From Micrococcales bacterium (GTDB taxonomy: Bacteria > Actinomycetota > Actinomycetes > Actinomycetales > WQXJ01): a stretch of 64,000 nt of DNA. Position 1 is the first letter of the stretch. Each line of letters opens with the position of its first letter. Location of the stretch: contig WQXJ01000005.1 of assembly GCA_009784895.1 (NCBI GenBank), forward strand, positions 3,495 through 67,494, read 5' to 3'. The position numbers and the translations under genes were made by a program. Below, in pieces: positions 37,359 through 44,961 of this stretch. A model generated the notes under the pieces. That model had not been told where the DNA came from. It saw only the letters and a list, made by a program, of their open reading frames with translations, and did not search any database.

Positions 37359-38246
37359 TCAGGCCGGCCAGAGACCCAGATTGGCTAGGGCCAAGCCCAA
37401 AATGAAGGCGTAGGCCAACTGGACCACGCCGGTACCTTTGAGCACGGTGACAAGTTCTTCTCCGGTGGCGTCGTTGTAAACCGCGCCGGCCAACCGGGCC
37501 GTGGGCACAGCCATTACCAGGGTGGCCAGGACGTGCCAGCGACCCACCGCCATCACCACTACTAGGGCCATGGCCAGCCACATCTCCAGCTGGTAAACCA
37601 ACCGAGCCCGTTCGTCACCCAATTTGACTGCCAGAGTGCGCTTACCGGCGGCCGCGTCAAGATCCAGGTCGCGCAGGTTGTTGGCCATCAAAATGGCGCA
37701 GGCCAACAGGCCCATGGCCACTGCCGCCACGATGCCACGCCAGGTCAACATCGAAAACTGGACGTACAAAGTGCCAAGCGTGGCGACCAAACCAAAGAAG
37801 ATAAAGACCATGACATCGCCCAGGCCGGCGTAGCCGTAGGGACGTGGGCCGCCGGTATACAGCCAGGCCGCCACCACGCAGGCACCGCCAACTGCGGCCA
37901 GCCACCACAGCCCGGTCAAGTAGCACAGGTAGATACCAGCCAACCCGGCCACGGCGAAGCTAAGCCAGGCCGCCGCCTTGACCGTCCCAGCCTTGGCCGC
38001 GCCGGAGCCCACCAACCGCCTAGGTCCGTCTCGTTCCTGGTCGGTGCCACGCACGCCGTCCGAATAGTCGTTGGCATAATTGGCGCCAACCTGCACGGCT
38101 ACGCCCACTAGCAAAGCCAGTCCGGCCAGGGCCCAATTGGGTGTCCCGATCTGCCAGGCGGCCCCCACCCCAACCACAACCGGGCTGATGGCTGCCGGCA
38201 GAGTTCGCGGGCGCGCGCCTTCAACCCAGTCCTTCAGATTTGCCAC
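37359..38246 (-). CDS. menA: 1,4-dihydroxy-2-naphthoate polyprenyltransferase
   Basis: UbiA-family membrane protein. The N-terminus W..ARPRTLPAAISPV and the NDYSDG motif are typical of MenA. Confidence 0.9.
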   Translation of the reverse strand: MANLKDWVEGARPRTLPAAISPVVVGVGAAWQIGTPNWALAGLALLVGVAVQVGANYANDYSDGVRGTDQERDGPRRLVGSGAAKAGTVKAAAWLSFAVAGLAGIYLCYLTGLWWLAAVGGACVVAAWLYTGGPRPYGYAGLGDVMVFIFFGLVATLGTLYVQFSMLTWRGIVAAVAMGLLACAILMANNLRDLDLDAAAGKRTLAVKLGDERARLVYQLEMWLAMALVVVMAVGRWHVLATLVMAVPTARLAGAVYNDATGEELVTVLKGTGVVQLAYAFILGLALANLGLWPA

Positions 38247-38251
38247 GCAGG

Positions 38252-39478
38252 CTACCCTAACCGTTCCAGGCCACCGGCGTCCTGCAACTGCTGGGCCAGG
38301 CCGGCGGCCGCTAGCCGGTCGGGTTTGCCAGCGGCGTTCAGCGGCACCCCTTGCACGATGCCGAGTCCTCGCGGCGCCCAGACCGCCTGACCTTGGGTTT
38401 TGGTCCAGTGGCGGAGGGTTTGAAGGCTGAGTGGGGCACTTGGCACGACCAAGGCAACTACGGCCTGGCCCCAGTGTTGGTCTGCCACTGCGGTGACAAC
38501 CACTTGGGTCACATCTGGGTGGTTGGCCAGGACCTGCTCTAGTAGTTCCGGGGCCAGTTTGTAGCCGCCGGTTTGGATGACGTGGTCGGCCCGGCCCAGG
38601 ACTTCGATCCGGCCGGTCTGGTCGATTCGGCCCAAATCTGAGGTCAAAAACCAGCGCTGGCCGTCCTGGTCGACCCTGAAACCATCTGAGGCCCTGAGCT
38701 TTGCGCCGGACCCGACGTAACCCAAGGCCAGCATGGGCCCAGTGACCTTGAGGATGCCGTCAGCTGACGGGCCGTCGCTTTGCCCGGCCAGGCCAACCCG
38801 GGCGCCGGCAATGGCAAAGCCGTCGTAGACAATGCCGCCGCATGTCTCGGCCATGCCGTAAGTCTGGATCAGGCGCAGTCCGTAGGTCCGGGCTCGGGCG
38901 GCCAGACGCTGCGGGGTCTGGGCGCCGCCCACCAAAACAGCGGTGAAACCAGCCAGAGCCTCGACGGCGGCCGGAGATTCCAGCAACCGGTTGAGCTGGG
39001 TTGGCACCAAGGAGACATAGCGCCGGCCGGAACCCATAGCATCGGTCGCCTCGACAAAGCTTTGGGCGCCAAATGAGCCGGCCAAGGCGGTCGGAGCCCG
39101 TCCGGCCAGGACGGCCCGGGCCACCACATTCAGGCCTGCAATCTGACTGGTGGGCAGGGCCAGCAGCCACTGACCAGGGCCACCGACGGCCTCAGCGCTA
39201 GCCTGGGCGCTGGCCCGCACGGCAGCGGCGGTCAGGGCCACCAATTTTGGTTGGCCGGTCGAGCCCGATGACTCGACCATGACACCGGCACCGGCAGGCC
39301 AAGCCAGATCAGCTGGCCAGCGCGGGGGCACCACGGCCAGGGGGCCGGGATGGTCAGGATCCAGCACCTGCTCTAGGGCTCGTACCAGGTCATCGAGATC
39401 GCCCGGCCGAACCACCGAGGTATCTCCCTGGCGGCCGGAGGGATCCGGCCCAGGCCCGACTGACAGATTTGAGGCCAC
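38252..39478 (-). CDS. menE: o-Succinylbenzoate--CoA ligase (AMP-binding family, short actinobacterial type)
   Basis: AMP-binding motif ESSGSTGQPKLV and a later YGMAETCGG motif. The men-cluster context supports the call. Confidence 0.8.
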   Translation of the reverse strand: MASNLSVGPGPDPSGRQGDTSVVRPGDLDDLVRALEQVLDPDHPGPLAVVPPRWPADLAWPAGAGVMVESSGSTGQPKLVALTAAAVRASAQASAEAVGGPGQWLLALPTSQIAGLNVVARAVLAGRAPTALAGSFGAQSFVEATDAMGSGRRYVSLVPTQLNRLLESPAAVEALAGFTAVLVGGAQTPQRLAARARTYGLRLIQTYGMAETCGGIVYDGFAIAGARVGLAGQSDGPSADGILKVTGPMLALGYVGSGAKLRASDGFRVDQDGQRWFLTSDLGRIDQTGRIEVLGRADHVIQTGGYKLAPELLEQVLANHPDVTQVVVTAVADQHWGQAVVALVVPSAPLSLQTLRHWTKTQGQAVWAPRGLGIVQGVPLNAAGKPDRLAAAGLAQQLQDAGGLERLG

Positions 39479-39649
39479 AGGCCAAACCTAGCCCAAGCCT
39501 TCTGGCCCAACGCTGCCAGCGACGAACTGGCGCCGCGCCGGACCTGGGGCGGGACCTGCCGCTGGCGGCGTACTAGCGTTGACGTGCCCCGGTTGCGCGG
39601 CCGGCCGGCCGGCTGGTCACATAACTCAGTGAAGGGTCACACCAAATCA

Positions 39650-40714
39650 ATGATTGCGCGTCTTCCCCTCAGAGCTGTATCCGGGGTTGCCATCGCTGTC
39701 TTGGCCGTAGGTACGTTGGTTGCGGGCTGCGGCAAGAAACCGGTCGATCCGGTACCGGCCAAGCCCAGAGTGGCGCCAACGATGCCGGCCCCGGCGCCCG
39801 AACCGGTCAGGGAGCTGCTTTGGCCACTGACCGCCATACCCGGGCCAATTGTCGAACGGCCGGCCCTGGCCGTCAAAATCGAGAACTCGCCGCAGGCCAG
39901 GCCGCAAGCCGGGCTGAACCAGGCCGATGTGGTCTGGGAGGAGGTTGTCGAAGGCGGCATCAGCCGGTTTGTGGCGGTTTTCCACTCCCAGCTGCCTGAG
40001 TCAGTCGGACCAATTCGATCAGTCAGACCAATGGACGGCCCTATCGCCGGGCCAACTGGCGGCCTGTTGGTCTTTTCCGGCGGCCAGAGCCGTTTCATTT
40101 CAATCGCCACCGAGGCCGGTCTCCAGGTCTTGGGGCATGATCAAGGCGCGGACGGTTTTTTCCGTGATCCGGGCCGGCGCGGTGAGCATTCGCTAATGGG
40201 CCGCCCGGACGAGTTTCTAGCCCAGGCCAACGCAGAACACCAGGCCCCGCCGGAACCGGAGTTCCAATTTGCCCCAAGCGCTGAAGAGGCTACTGCCGTG
40301 GTGGTTGGCAGCGCCGGGATGACAGTTGATATCAGGCTGTCTGGCTGGTCAAATCCGGGTTGGGATTGGGATGAGGCCCTAGGGGCTTGGCTGCGGCGGG
40401 AAGGCTCGGACCAAGCCACAGTTGAAGGTGGCCAGCAGATTATGACCACCAACCTGGTTGCACTCAAGGTTGAGGTTCGAATGGCCGGTGGCACCGACGC
40501 GGCCGGCAGCCAAATCCCCGAATCGATTATGGTTGGCTCCGGCCTGGCCTTGGTCGCCTGCGAAGGCAAGACTATGGACGCGACCTGGTCGAAGGAATCG
40601 GTCACGGCGCCGGTTGTGCTGACCAGCCCTGACGGCCAGCCGATCCTGCTGTCACCGGGTAACACCTGGGTCGAACTGGTGCCGGTGGGAGATGGCTCTT
40701 GGACCGTCAGCTAG
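39650..40714 (+). CDS. DUF3048 domain lipoprotein
   Basis: Lipobox in MIARLPLRAVSGVAIAVLAVGTLVAGC. DUF3048-like core ENSPQARPQAGLNQADVVWEEVVEGGISRFVAVFHS. The track ORF starts at 39584. Confidence 0.75.
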   Translation: MIARLPLRAVSGVAIAVLAVGTLVAGCGKKPVDPVPAKPRVAPTMPAPAPEPVRELLWPLTAIPGPIVERPALAVKIENSPQARPQAGLNQADVVWEEVVEGGISRFVAVFHSQLPESVGPIRSVRPMDGPIAGPTGGLLVFSGGQSRFISIATEAGLQVLGHDQGADGFFRDPGRRGEHSLMGRPDEFLAQANAEHQAPPEPEFQFAPSAEEATAVVVGSAGMTVDIRLSGWSNPGWDWDEALGAWLRREGSDQATVEGGQQIMTTNLVALKVEVRMAGGTDAAGSQIPESIMVGSGLALVACEGKTMDATWSKESVTAPVVLTSPDGQPILLSPGNTWVELVPVGDGSWTVS

Positions 40715-40791
40715 CCGGTCGCAACAAGCCCCTTTGGCCGGCCGATCCTGCTGTCACCGGGTAACACCCAAGCCGAGCTGATGCCGGTGGT
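40634..40791 (+). repeat. Direct duplication of the DUF3048 gene 3' end, offset by 102 bp
   Basis: 40634-40666 matches 40736-40768 at 32/33 nt (GGCC[A/G]GCCGATCCTGCTGTCACCGGGTAACACC). The next 23 nt match at about 16/23. The second copy lies after the TAG stop at 40712-40714. Confidence 0.85.
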
Positions 40792-40805
40792 CGGCCGCGC
40801 CCGGG

Positions 40806-41846
40806 CTAGAGGATCTGCTTTCTGAACGGCTCCCATTGAGGCGGCCGGTGCTGCAAGAAGGCGTCACGTCCCTCGCGCCCCTCAGCTGTGCCGTAGGCCA
40901 ATCGAGTTGCCTCCGCGGCGAACATTTGTTGGCCGGCCAGGCCGTCGTCTTCGAGGTTGAAGGCGAATTTGAGCAGCCTGATGGCCTGCGGCGACTGCCC
41001 GGCGATCAATCGCGCCCAGCCAATGGCGGTCGGCTCGACCTCGTCGTGGTCCACCGCCCGGTTGATCGCGCCCCAGGCCTCGGCCTGTTCGGCCGTGTAG
41101 GTCTGGGCCAGGAAGAAGATTTCCCGCGCTCGCTTTTGCCCTACCTGGCGAGCCAGCAGAGCGGCGCCGTAGCCGGCGTCAAAGCTGCCCACGGTGGCAT
41201 CGGTTTGTTTGAACCGCCCATGTTGGCGGCAGGCCAAGGTCAAATCCGCCACTACCGCCAGCGAGTGACCGCCGCCGGCCGCCCAGCCGTCGACCACGGC
41301 GATTACGACCTTGGCCATAGTCCTGATCAGATGCTGGGCTTCGAGCACATGCAATCGGCCCGATGCCGCCTGCCGGGCTTGGCCAGACCTTTCACCTGGG
41401 AGCGGGTTTGGACTGGAGTCGCTGGTTGGCGGTTCTGCGCCGCCACTGGGCGGTTGTGGCTCGGCGCCGGCCGCGCCAATGCTGCCCGGTTGATCCGTAA
41501 CTGGGTCGGTTCTGGCGTACTCGTAGCCACTGGTACCTCTGAAGCGCTGGTCGCCACCTGAGCAAAAGGCGTAACCCCCGTCTTTGGGGCTGGGCCCATT
41601 GCCAGCCAGGAGAACAGCCACCACATCTGGCACCTCAGCGGCGTGACGCAGTGTGGCGATGAGTTCATCAACGGTGTGGGGACTGAAAGCATTGCGGACC
41701 TCAGGCCGGTTGAAGGCAATGCGTAGCCAAGGGGCAGGTTGGCCATCTTCCCAGCCTCGGTGGTACGTCAGGTCGGTCAGATCCTCAAAGCCATCGACGC
41801 TACGCCAGGCGCTTGGGTCAAAGCCGTCGGAAACAGTGCCGGTCAT
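40806..41846 (-). CDS. menB: 1,4-dihydroxy-2-naphthoyl-CoA synthase with an enlarged low-complexity loop
   Basis: Crotonase-fold motifs AFNRPEVRNAF, FCSGGDQRFRG, VDGWAAGGGHSL, FKQTDATVGSFD and EGRDAFLQHRPPQW. The start is uncertain (ATG 41846 or TTG 41855). The track start at 41957 lies in the repeat region. Confidence 0.9.
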   Translation of the reverse strand: MTGTVSDGFDPSAWRSVDGFEDLTDLTYHRGWEDGQPAPWLRIAFNRPEVRNAFSPHTVDELIATLRHAAEVPDVVAVLLAGNGPSPKDGGYAFCSGGDQRFRGTSGYEYARTDPVTDQPGSIGAAGAEPQPPSGGAEPPTSDSSPNPLPGERSGQARQAASGRLHVLEAQHLIRTMAKVVIAVVDGWAAGGGHSLAVVADLTLACRQHGRFKQTDATVGSFDAGYGAALLARQVGQKRAREIFFLAQTYTAEQAEAWGAINRAVDHDEVEPTAIGWARLIAGQSPQAIRLLKFAFNLEDDGLAGQQMFAAEATRLAYGTAEGREGRDAFLQHRPPQWEPFRKQIL

Positions 41847-41868
41847 GGGCCACAAGGCTAGCGCCGCG

Positions 41869-41996
41869 CCCCTTGCCCCGCGACTGCGAGCTCTGTCTGG
41901 CCCCCAACTCGCGAGTCCGAGCTTTGTCAGCAACTCTTGCTCGCGTGGTTGAGCCATGGCATGAAAAGGTCGGGGCGAAGCCAGGCTCGTTGTCTC
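41869..41996. repeat. Repeat-family block 1 in the menB-menC divergent intergenic region
   Basis: Units lie at 41880-41910 (31 nt), 41911-41942 (GCGAGTCCGAGCTTTGTCAGCAACTCTTGCTC) and 41943-41974 (GCGTGGTTGAGCCATGGCATGAAAAGGTCGGG), plus a partial unit to 41996. Confidence 0.8.
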
Positions 41997-42001
41997 GCGC
42001 C

Positions 42002-42037
42002 GTGTTTTGGGGCGATGCTGGGCATCGCCAAAAACAC
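42002..42037. promoter_or_regulatory. Imperfect 36-bp palindrome near the centre of the menB-menC intergenic region
   Basis: GTGTTTTGGGGCGATGC tgg GCATCGCCAAAAACAC. I count 15 paired positions, with a GG bulge on one arm and an A bulge on the other. Confidence 0.5.
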
Positions 42038-42075
42038 ATGCCCGGAGCCAATCCCAGACAACAACCCAGGCCTCG

Positions 42076-42150
42076 CCCCTAGCCCCGCGACTGCGAGCCT
42101 TGACAGCACCTCTTGCTCGCGGGGTTGAGCCTTGGCATCACCATGCCCCT
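42076..42150. repeat. Repeat-family block 2 in the menB-menC intergenic region
   Basis: CCCCTAGCCCCGCGACTGCGAGC repeats CCCTTGCCCCGCGACTGCGAGC at 41869-41890. Units are GCGACTGCGAGCCTTGACAGCACCTCTTGCTC (42087-42118; 27/32 vs 41911-41942) and GCGGGGTTGAGCCTTGGCATCACCATGCCCCT (42119-42150). Confidence 0.8.
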
Positions 42151-42204
42151 TGGCTGCTCGGCCGGATCTCCGGTGGCTGGGCTGCCTCGCTTTGCCTAGA
42201 GTGG

Positions 42205-43173
42205 ATGGCTATGACGCCCGTCACCTTCGACTTGCCGCTGCGTACGCGCTTTCGTGGTTTGACCCGGCGCTACGGCATGGTTTGGCACGGCGAGGTTGGC
42301 TGGGCCGAATTCTCTCCCTTTGAGGAATACAACACGGACCAATGCCGGCCGTGGCTAATGGCCGCATTGGAGGCGGCGCACCAGCCCGCGCCGCCACCGC
42401 TGAGACGCCACGTCCCGGTCAACATCACTGTCCCGGCTGTTGGCCCAGAACAGGCTGCCGCGATAGTGGCCAGTTCGGGTGGTTGCCAAACGGCCAAAGT
42501 CAAGGTGGCCGAGCCAGGGCAAAGCATCGAGCAGGATGTCAATCGGTTGGCGGCGGTCCGCCAGGCGCTCGGCCCGTCCGGCAATATTAGGGTCGATGCC
42601 AACGGCGCCTGGACCACCGAGCAGGCCATTGACTACCTCAGCCGGCTCGACCGGGCGGCCGGCGGCCTGCAATACGCCGAACAACCCTGCGCCGGCGTCG
42701 AGGAACTGGCGACGGTGCGCCGCCGCACCAAAGTGCCGATCGCCGCTGACGAATCGATCCGCCAGGCAACCGATCCCTATTTGGTGGCTCGGCTCGAAGC
42801 CGCCGATGTGGTTGTGCTTAAAGTCCAGCCACTGGGCGGGGTGCGAAGCTGCTTGGATTTGGCCGCCGCCATTGGCCTGCCGGTGGTGGTGTCCTCGGCC
42901 GTTGAAACGGTGGTTGGGATAGCCCAAGGCCTGGCCCTGGCCGCCGCCCTGCCCAAGGCAGAGCTAGCCTGCGGCCTGGCCACCGGCCAACTCCTGGCCC
43001 AAGACCTGGCTAGGGACCTATTTCCAGTGGTCAATGGCCAGATCGAAGTGGCGCCGGCCCGGGTCGAACCGGACCTACTCAGACAGTCCCAAGCCGATCC
43101 GGCGACCAACCAACGCTGGCAGCGCAGGCTGGCCAAGGTCACGGCCCTCCCCGATCAAGGTCAAAGGCCATGA
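42205..43173 (+). CDS. menC: o-Succinylbenzoate synthase (enolase superfamily)
   Basis: FDLPLRTRFRGLTRRYGMVWHGEVGWAEFSPF, and the metal-ligand contexts RVDANGAW and ADESI. ATG at 42205 or 42211. The track start at 42007 lies in the repeats. Confidence 0.8.
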   Translation: MAMTPVTFDLPLRTRFRGLTRRYGMVWHGEVGWAEFSPFEEYNTDQCRPWLMAALEAAHQPAPPPLRRHVPVNITVPAVGPEQAAAIVASSGGCQTAKVKVAEPGQSIEQDVNRLAAVRQALGPSGNIRVDANGAWTTEQAIDYLSRLDRAAGGLQYAEQPCAGVEELATVRRRTKVPIAADESIRQATDPYLVARLEAADVVVLKVQPLGGVRSCLDLAAAIGLPVVVSSAVETVVGIAQGLALAAALPKAELACGLATGQLLAQDLARDLFPVVNGQIEVAPARVEPDLLRQSQADPATNQRWQRRLAKVTALPDQGQRP

Positions 43174-44864
43174 GCCGGTCAATAGTCCAGGCCCGGGCCC
43201 TGGTTGATGGTCTGATCCAAGGCGGCGTGCGCTGGCTGGTGATCTCGCCGGGCTCACGCAGCGCCCCTCTGGTCTATGCCGCCGCCCAGGCCGAGGCGGC
43301 CGGCCGCCTCGAGTGCTTGGTGCGAATCGACGAACGCGTTGCCGGTTTCGTCGCCATCGGGTTGACCTGGGCAAATGCCGGCACAGTGGCTCTTGTCTGC
43401 ACCAGTGGCACGGCCGCGGCCAACTACCACCCGGCCGTCCTTGAGGCCTCGCATTCGGCCCTGCCTTTGGTGGTGCTGACGGCAGACAGGCCCCCAGAAC
43501 TCCAGGGCGTGGGCGCCAACCAGACCACCGACCAGGTTGGCCTCTACGCCGGCGCCGTCCGGGCCAGTTTCGATCCCCAGATCGAGCAAGGTGCCAAAGC
43601 CTGGCGTGCGGCTGGTCGCCAGGCCGCCTTGGCTGCCCTGGGGCTGCGCTCGGCCTGGCCCGGACCGGTCCATATCAACACCCAGTTCCGCGAACCGCTG
43701 GTACCGGAAACCGACTGGTACCAAGGTTCGGCCTGGCCTGAGGAGGCCGATGCCGGAGCTCAGGTTTGCGGCCAAAGCTCCAGCTGGCGTGGTCAAGGCG
43801 GGCAGCTGGAAGCCCTCGAGCTGGCGCGGGGCCCAAACACTTTGGTAGTGGCCGGTGCTGGCGCCGGCCCGGCCGCCCGAACCTTGGCCGAACAGGCCGG
43901 CTGGCCGTTACTGGCCGAGCCTGAATCCGGATCTTGGGGTGGGCCAATGGCTATCACCGCTGGTCGTTTGCTGGTTGGCCAGCCGCCCGGCCTTGACATC
44001 TGGCTAGGACAGGAAATCGAGCGCCTAGTGATCTACGGGCGGCCGGTTTTGACCAGGCCAATCACGGCCATCGCAACGGGCGGCCGCCTTGAAGTAATTG
44101 GCGTGCATTCAGGTGGCGGGCCGTGGTTTGACCAGGGCCGGGCCGCCCAGCTGCTGGCCGGTTCAATCGAAGTACCCGGCGAGGCAACTGCGGGGGAAAA
44201 TGCCTGGCTGAAGTCATGGCGGGCCGCCGGCCTAAGGGCATGGGCGGCCGTTGAACAACACTTGGCGGCCAAACCGCTCAGCGGACCGCTGGTGGCTGCG
44301 GCCGTGACCCGAGCATTGTCGACCGATCCCTTGGTGGTGAGCTCGTCCAGTGCCGTCCGTGACCTGGATTTGACGCCCCCAACTGGTGGCTCCATCTATG
44401 CCTTGCGCGGGTTAGCCGGCATCGACGGGACGGTCTCGGCCGCCACCGGCCTGGCCTTGGGGCTGGGCCGTCCGGTGACGGCGCTGCTAGGGGATTTGGC
44501 GCTATTGCATGACTGTGGCGGCCTGGCCGTCGGTTCGCTGGAGCGTGTGGCCGACCTGCGGCTGGTGGTGCTCAACGACCAGGGCGGATCGATTTTCGAG
44601 GCTCTCGAGGTGGGCCGGGAAGGCCTGCGCCCGGTTTTCGAACGGTATTTCGCCACGCCGCAAAACCTCGACCTGACCGCCTTGGCCACCAGTTTTGGTG
44701 CCGACCACCACCTGGCCGGGAGTTTGCCTGAACTAGAAGTCTTGCTAGCCGGGACCTGGTCAGGTCGCCAAATCATTGAGCTTCGGCTGGAGCGGTCGAT
44801 TCGACATGATCTTGAAAAGCGCCTGCGCCAGGCGGCGGCGAGGGCCTTGGCCAATGAAAAGTAG
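43170..44864 (+). CDS. menD: 2-succinyl-5-enolpyruvyl-6-hydroxy-3-cyclohexene-1-carboxylate (SEPHCHC) synthase
   Basis: ThDP-enzyme N-terminus ISPGSRSAPL and CTSGTAAANYHPAVLEA, with a C-terminal GDLALLHD ThDP-binding motif. ATGA overlap with menC. Confidence 0.9.
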   Translation: MSRSIVQARALVDGLIQGGVRWLVISPGSRSAPLVYAAAQAEAAGRLECLVRIDERVAGFVAIGLTWANAGTVALVCTSGTAAANYHPAVLEASHSALPLVVLTADRPPELQGVGANQTTDQVGLYAGAVRASFDPQIEQGAKAWRAAGRQAALAALGLRSAWPGPVHINTQFREPLVPETDWYQGSAWPEEADAGAQVCGQSSSWRGQGGQLEALELARGPNTLVVAGAGAGPAARTLAEQAGWPLLAEPESGSWGGPMAITAGRLLVGQPPGLDIWLGQEIERLVIYGRPVLTRPITAIATGGRLEVIGVHSGGGPWFDQGRAAQLLAGSIEVPGEATAGENAWLKSWRAAGLRAWAAVEQHLAAKPLSGPLVAAAVTRALSTDPLVVSSSSAVRDLDLTPPTGGSIYALRGLAGIDGTVSAATGLALGLGRPVTALLGDLALLHDCGGLAVGSLERVADLRLVVLNDQGGSIFEALEVGREGLRPVFERYFATPQNLDLTALATSFGADHHLAGSLPELEVLLAGTWSGRQIIELRLERSIRHDLEKRLRQAAARALANEK

Positions 44865-44961
44865 ACTGTTTCCAGCATTGGCCCTGAAATGAGGCGGGTT
44901 TGGCAAATCCAGTGCGGTTCCATCCGAAGCGCAAGGCCGGCCTCGAAAGGACACCTAGAGC

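Noticed and set aside
41847-42204. N-terminal extensions of menB (track start 41957) and menC (track start 42007)
   Set aside because: The extensions are translated from the intergenic repeat elements and the palindrome. The conserved MenB and MenC sequences begin near 41846 and 42205.
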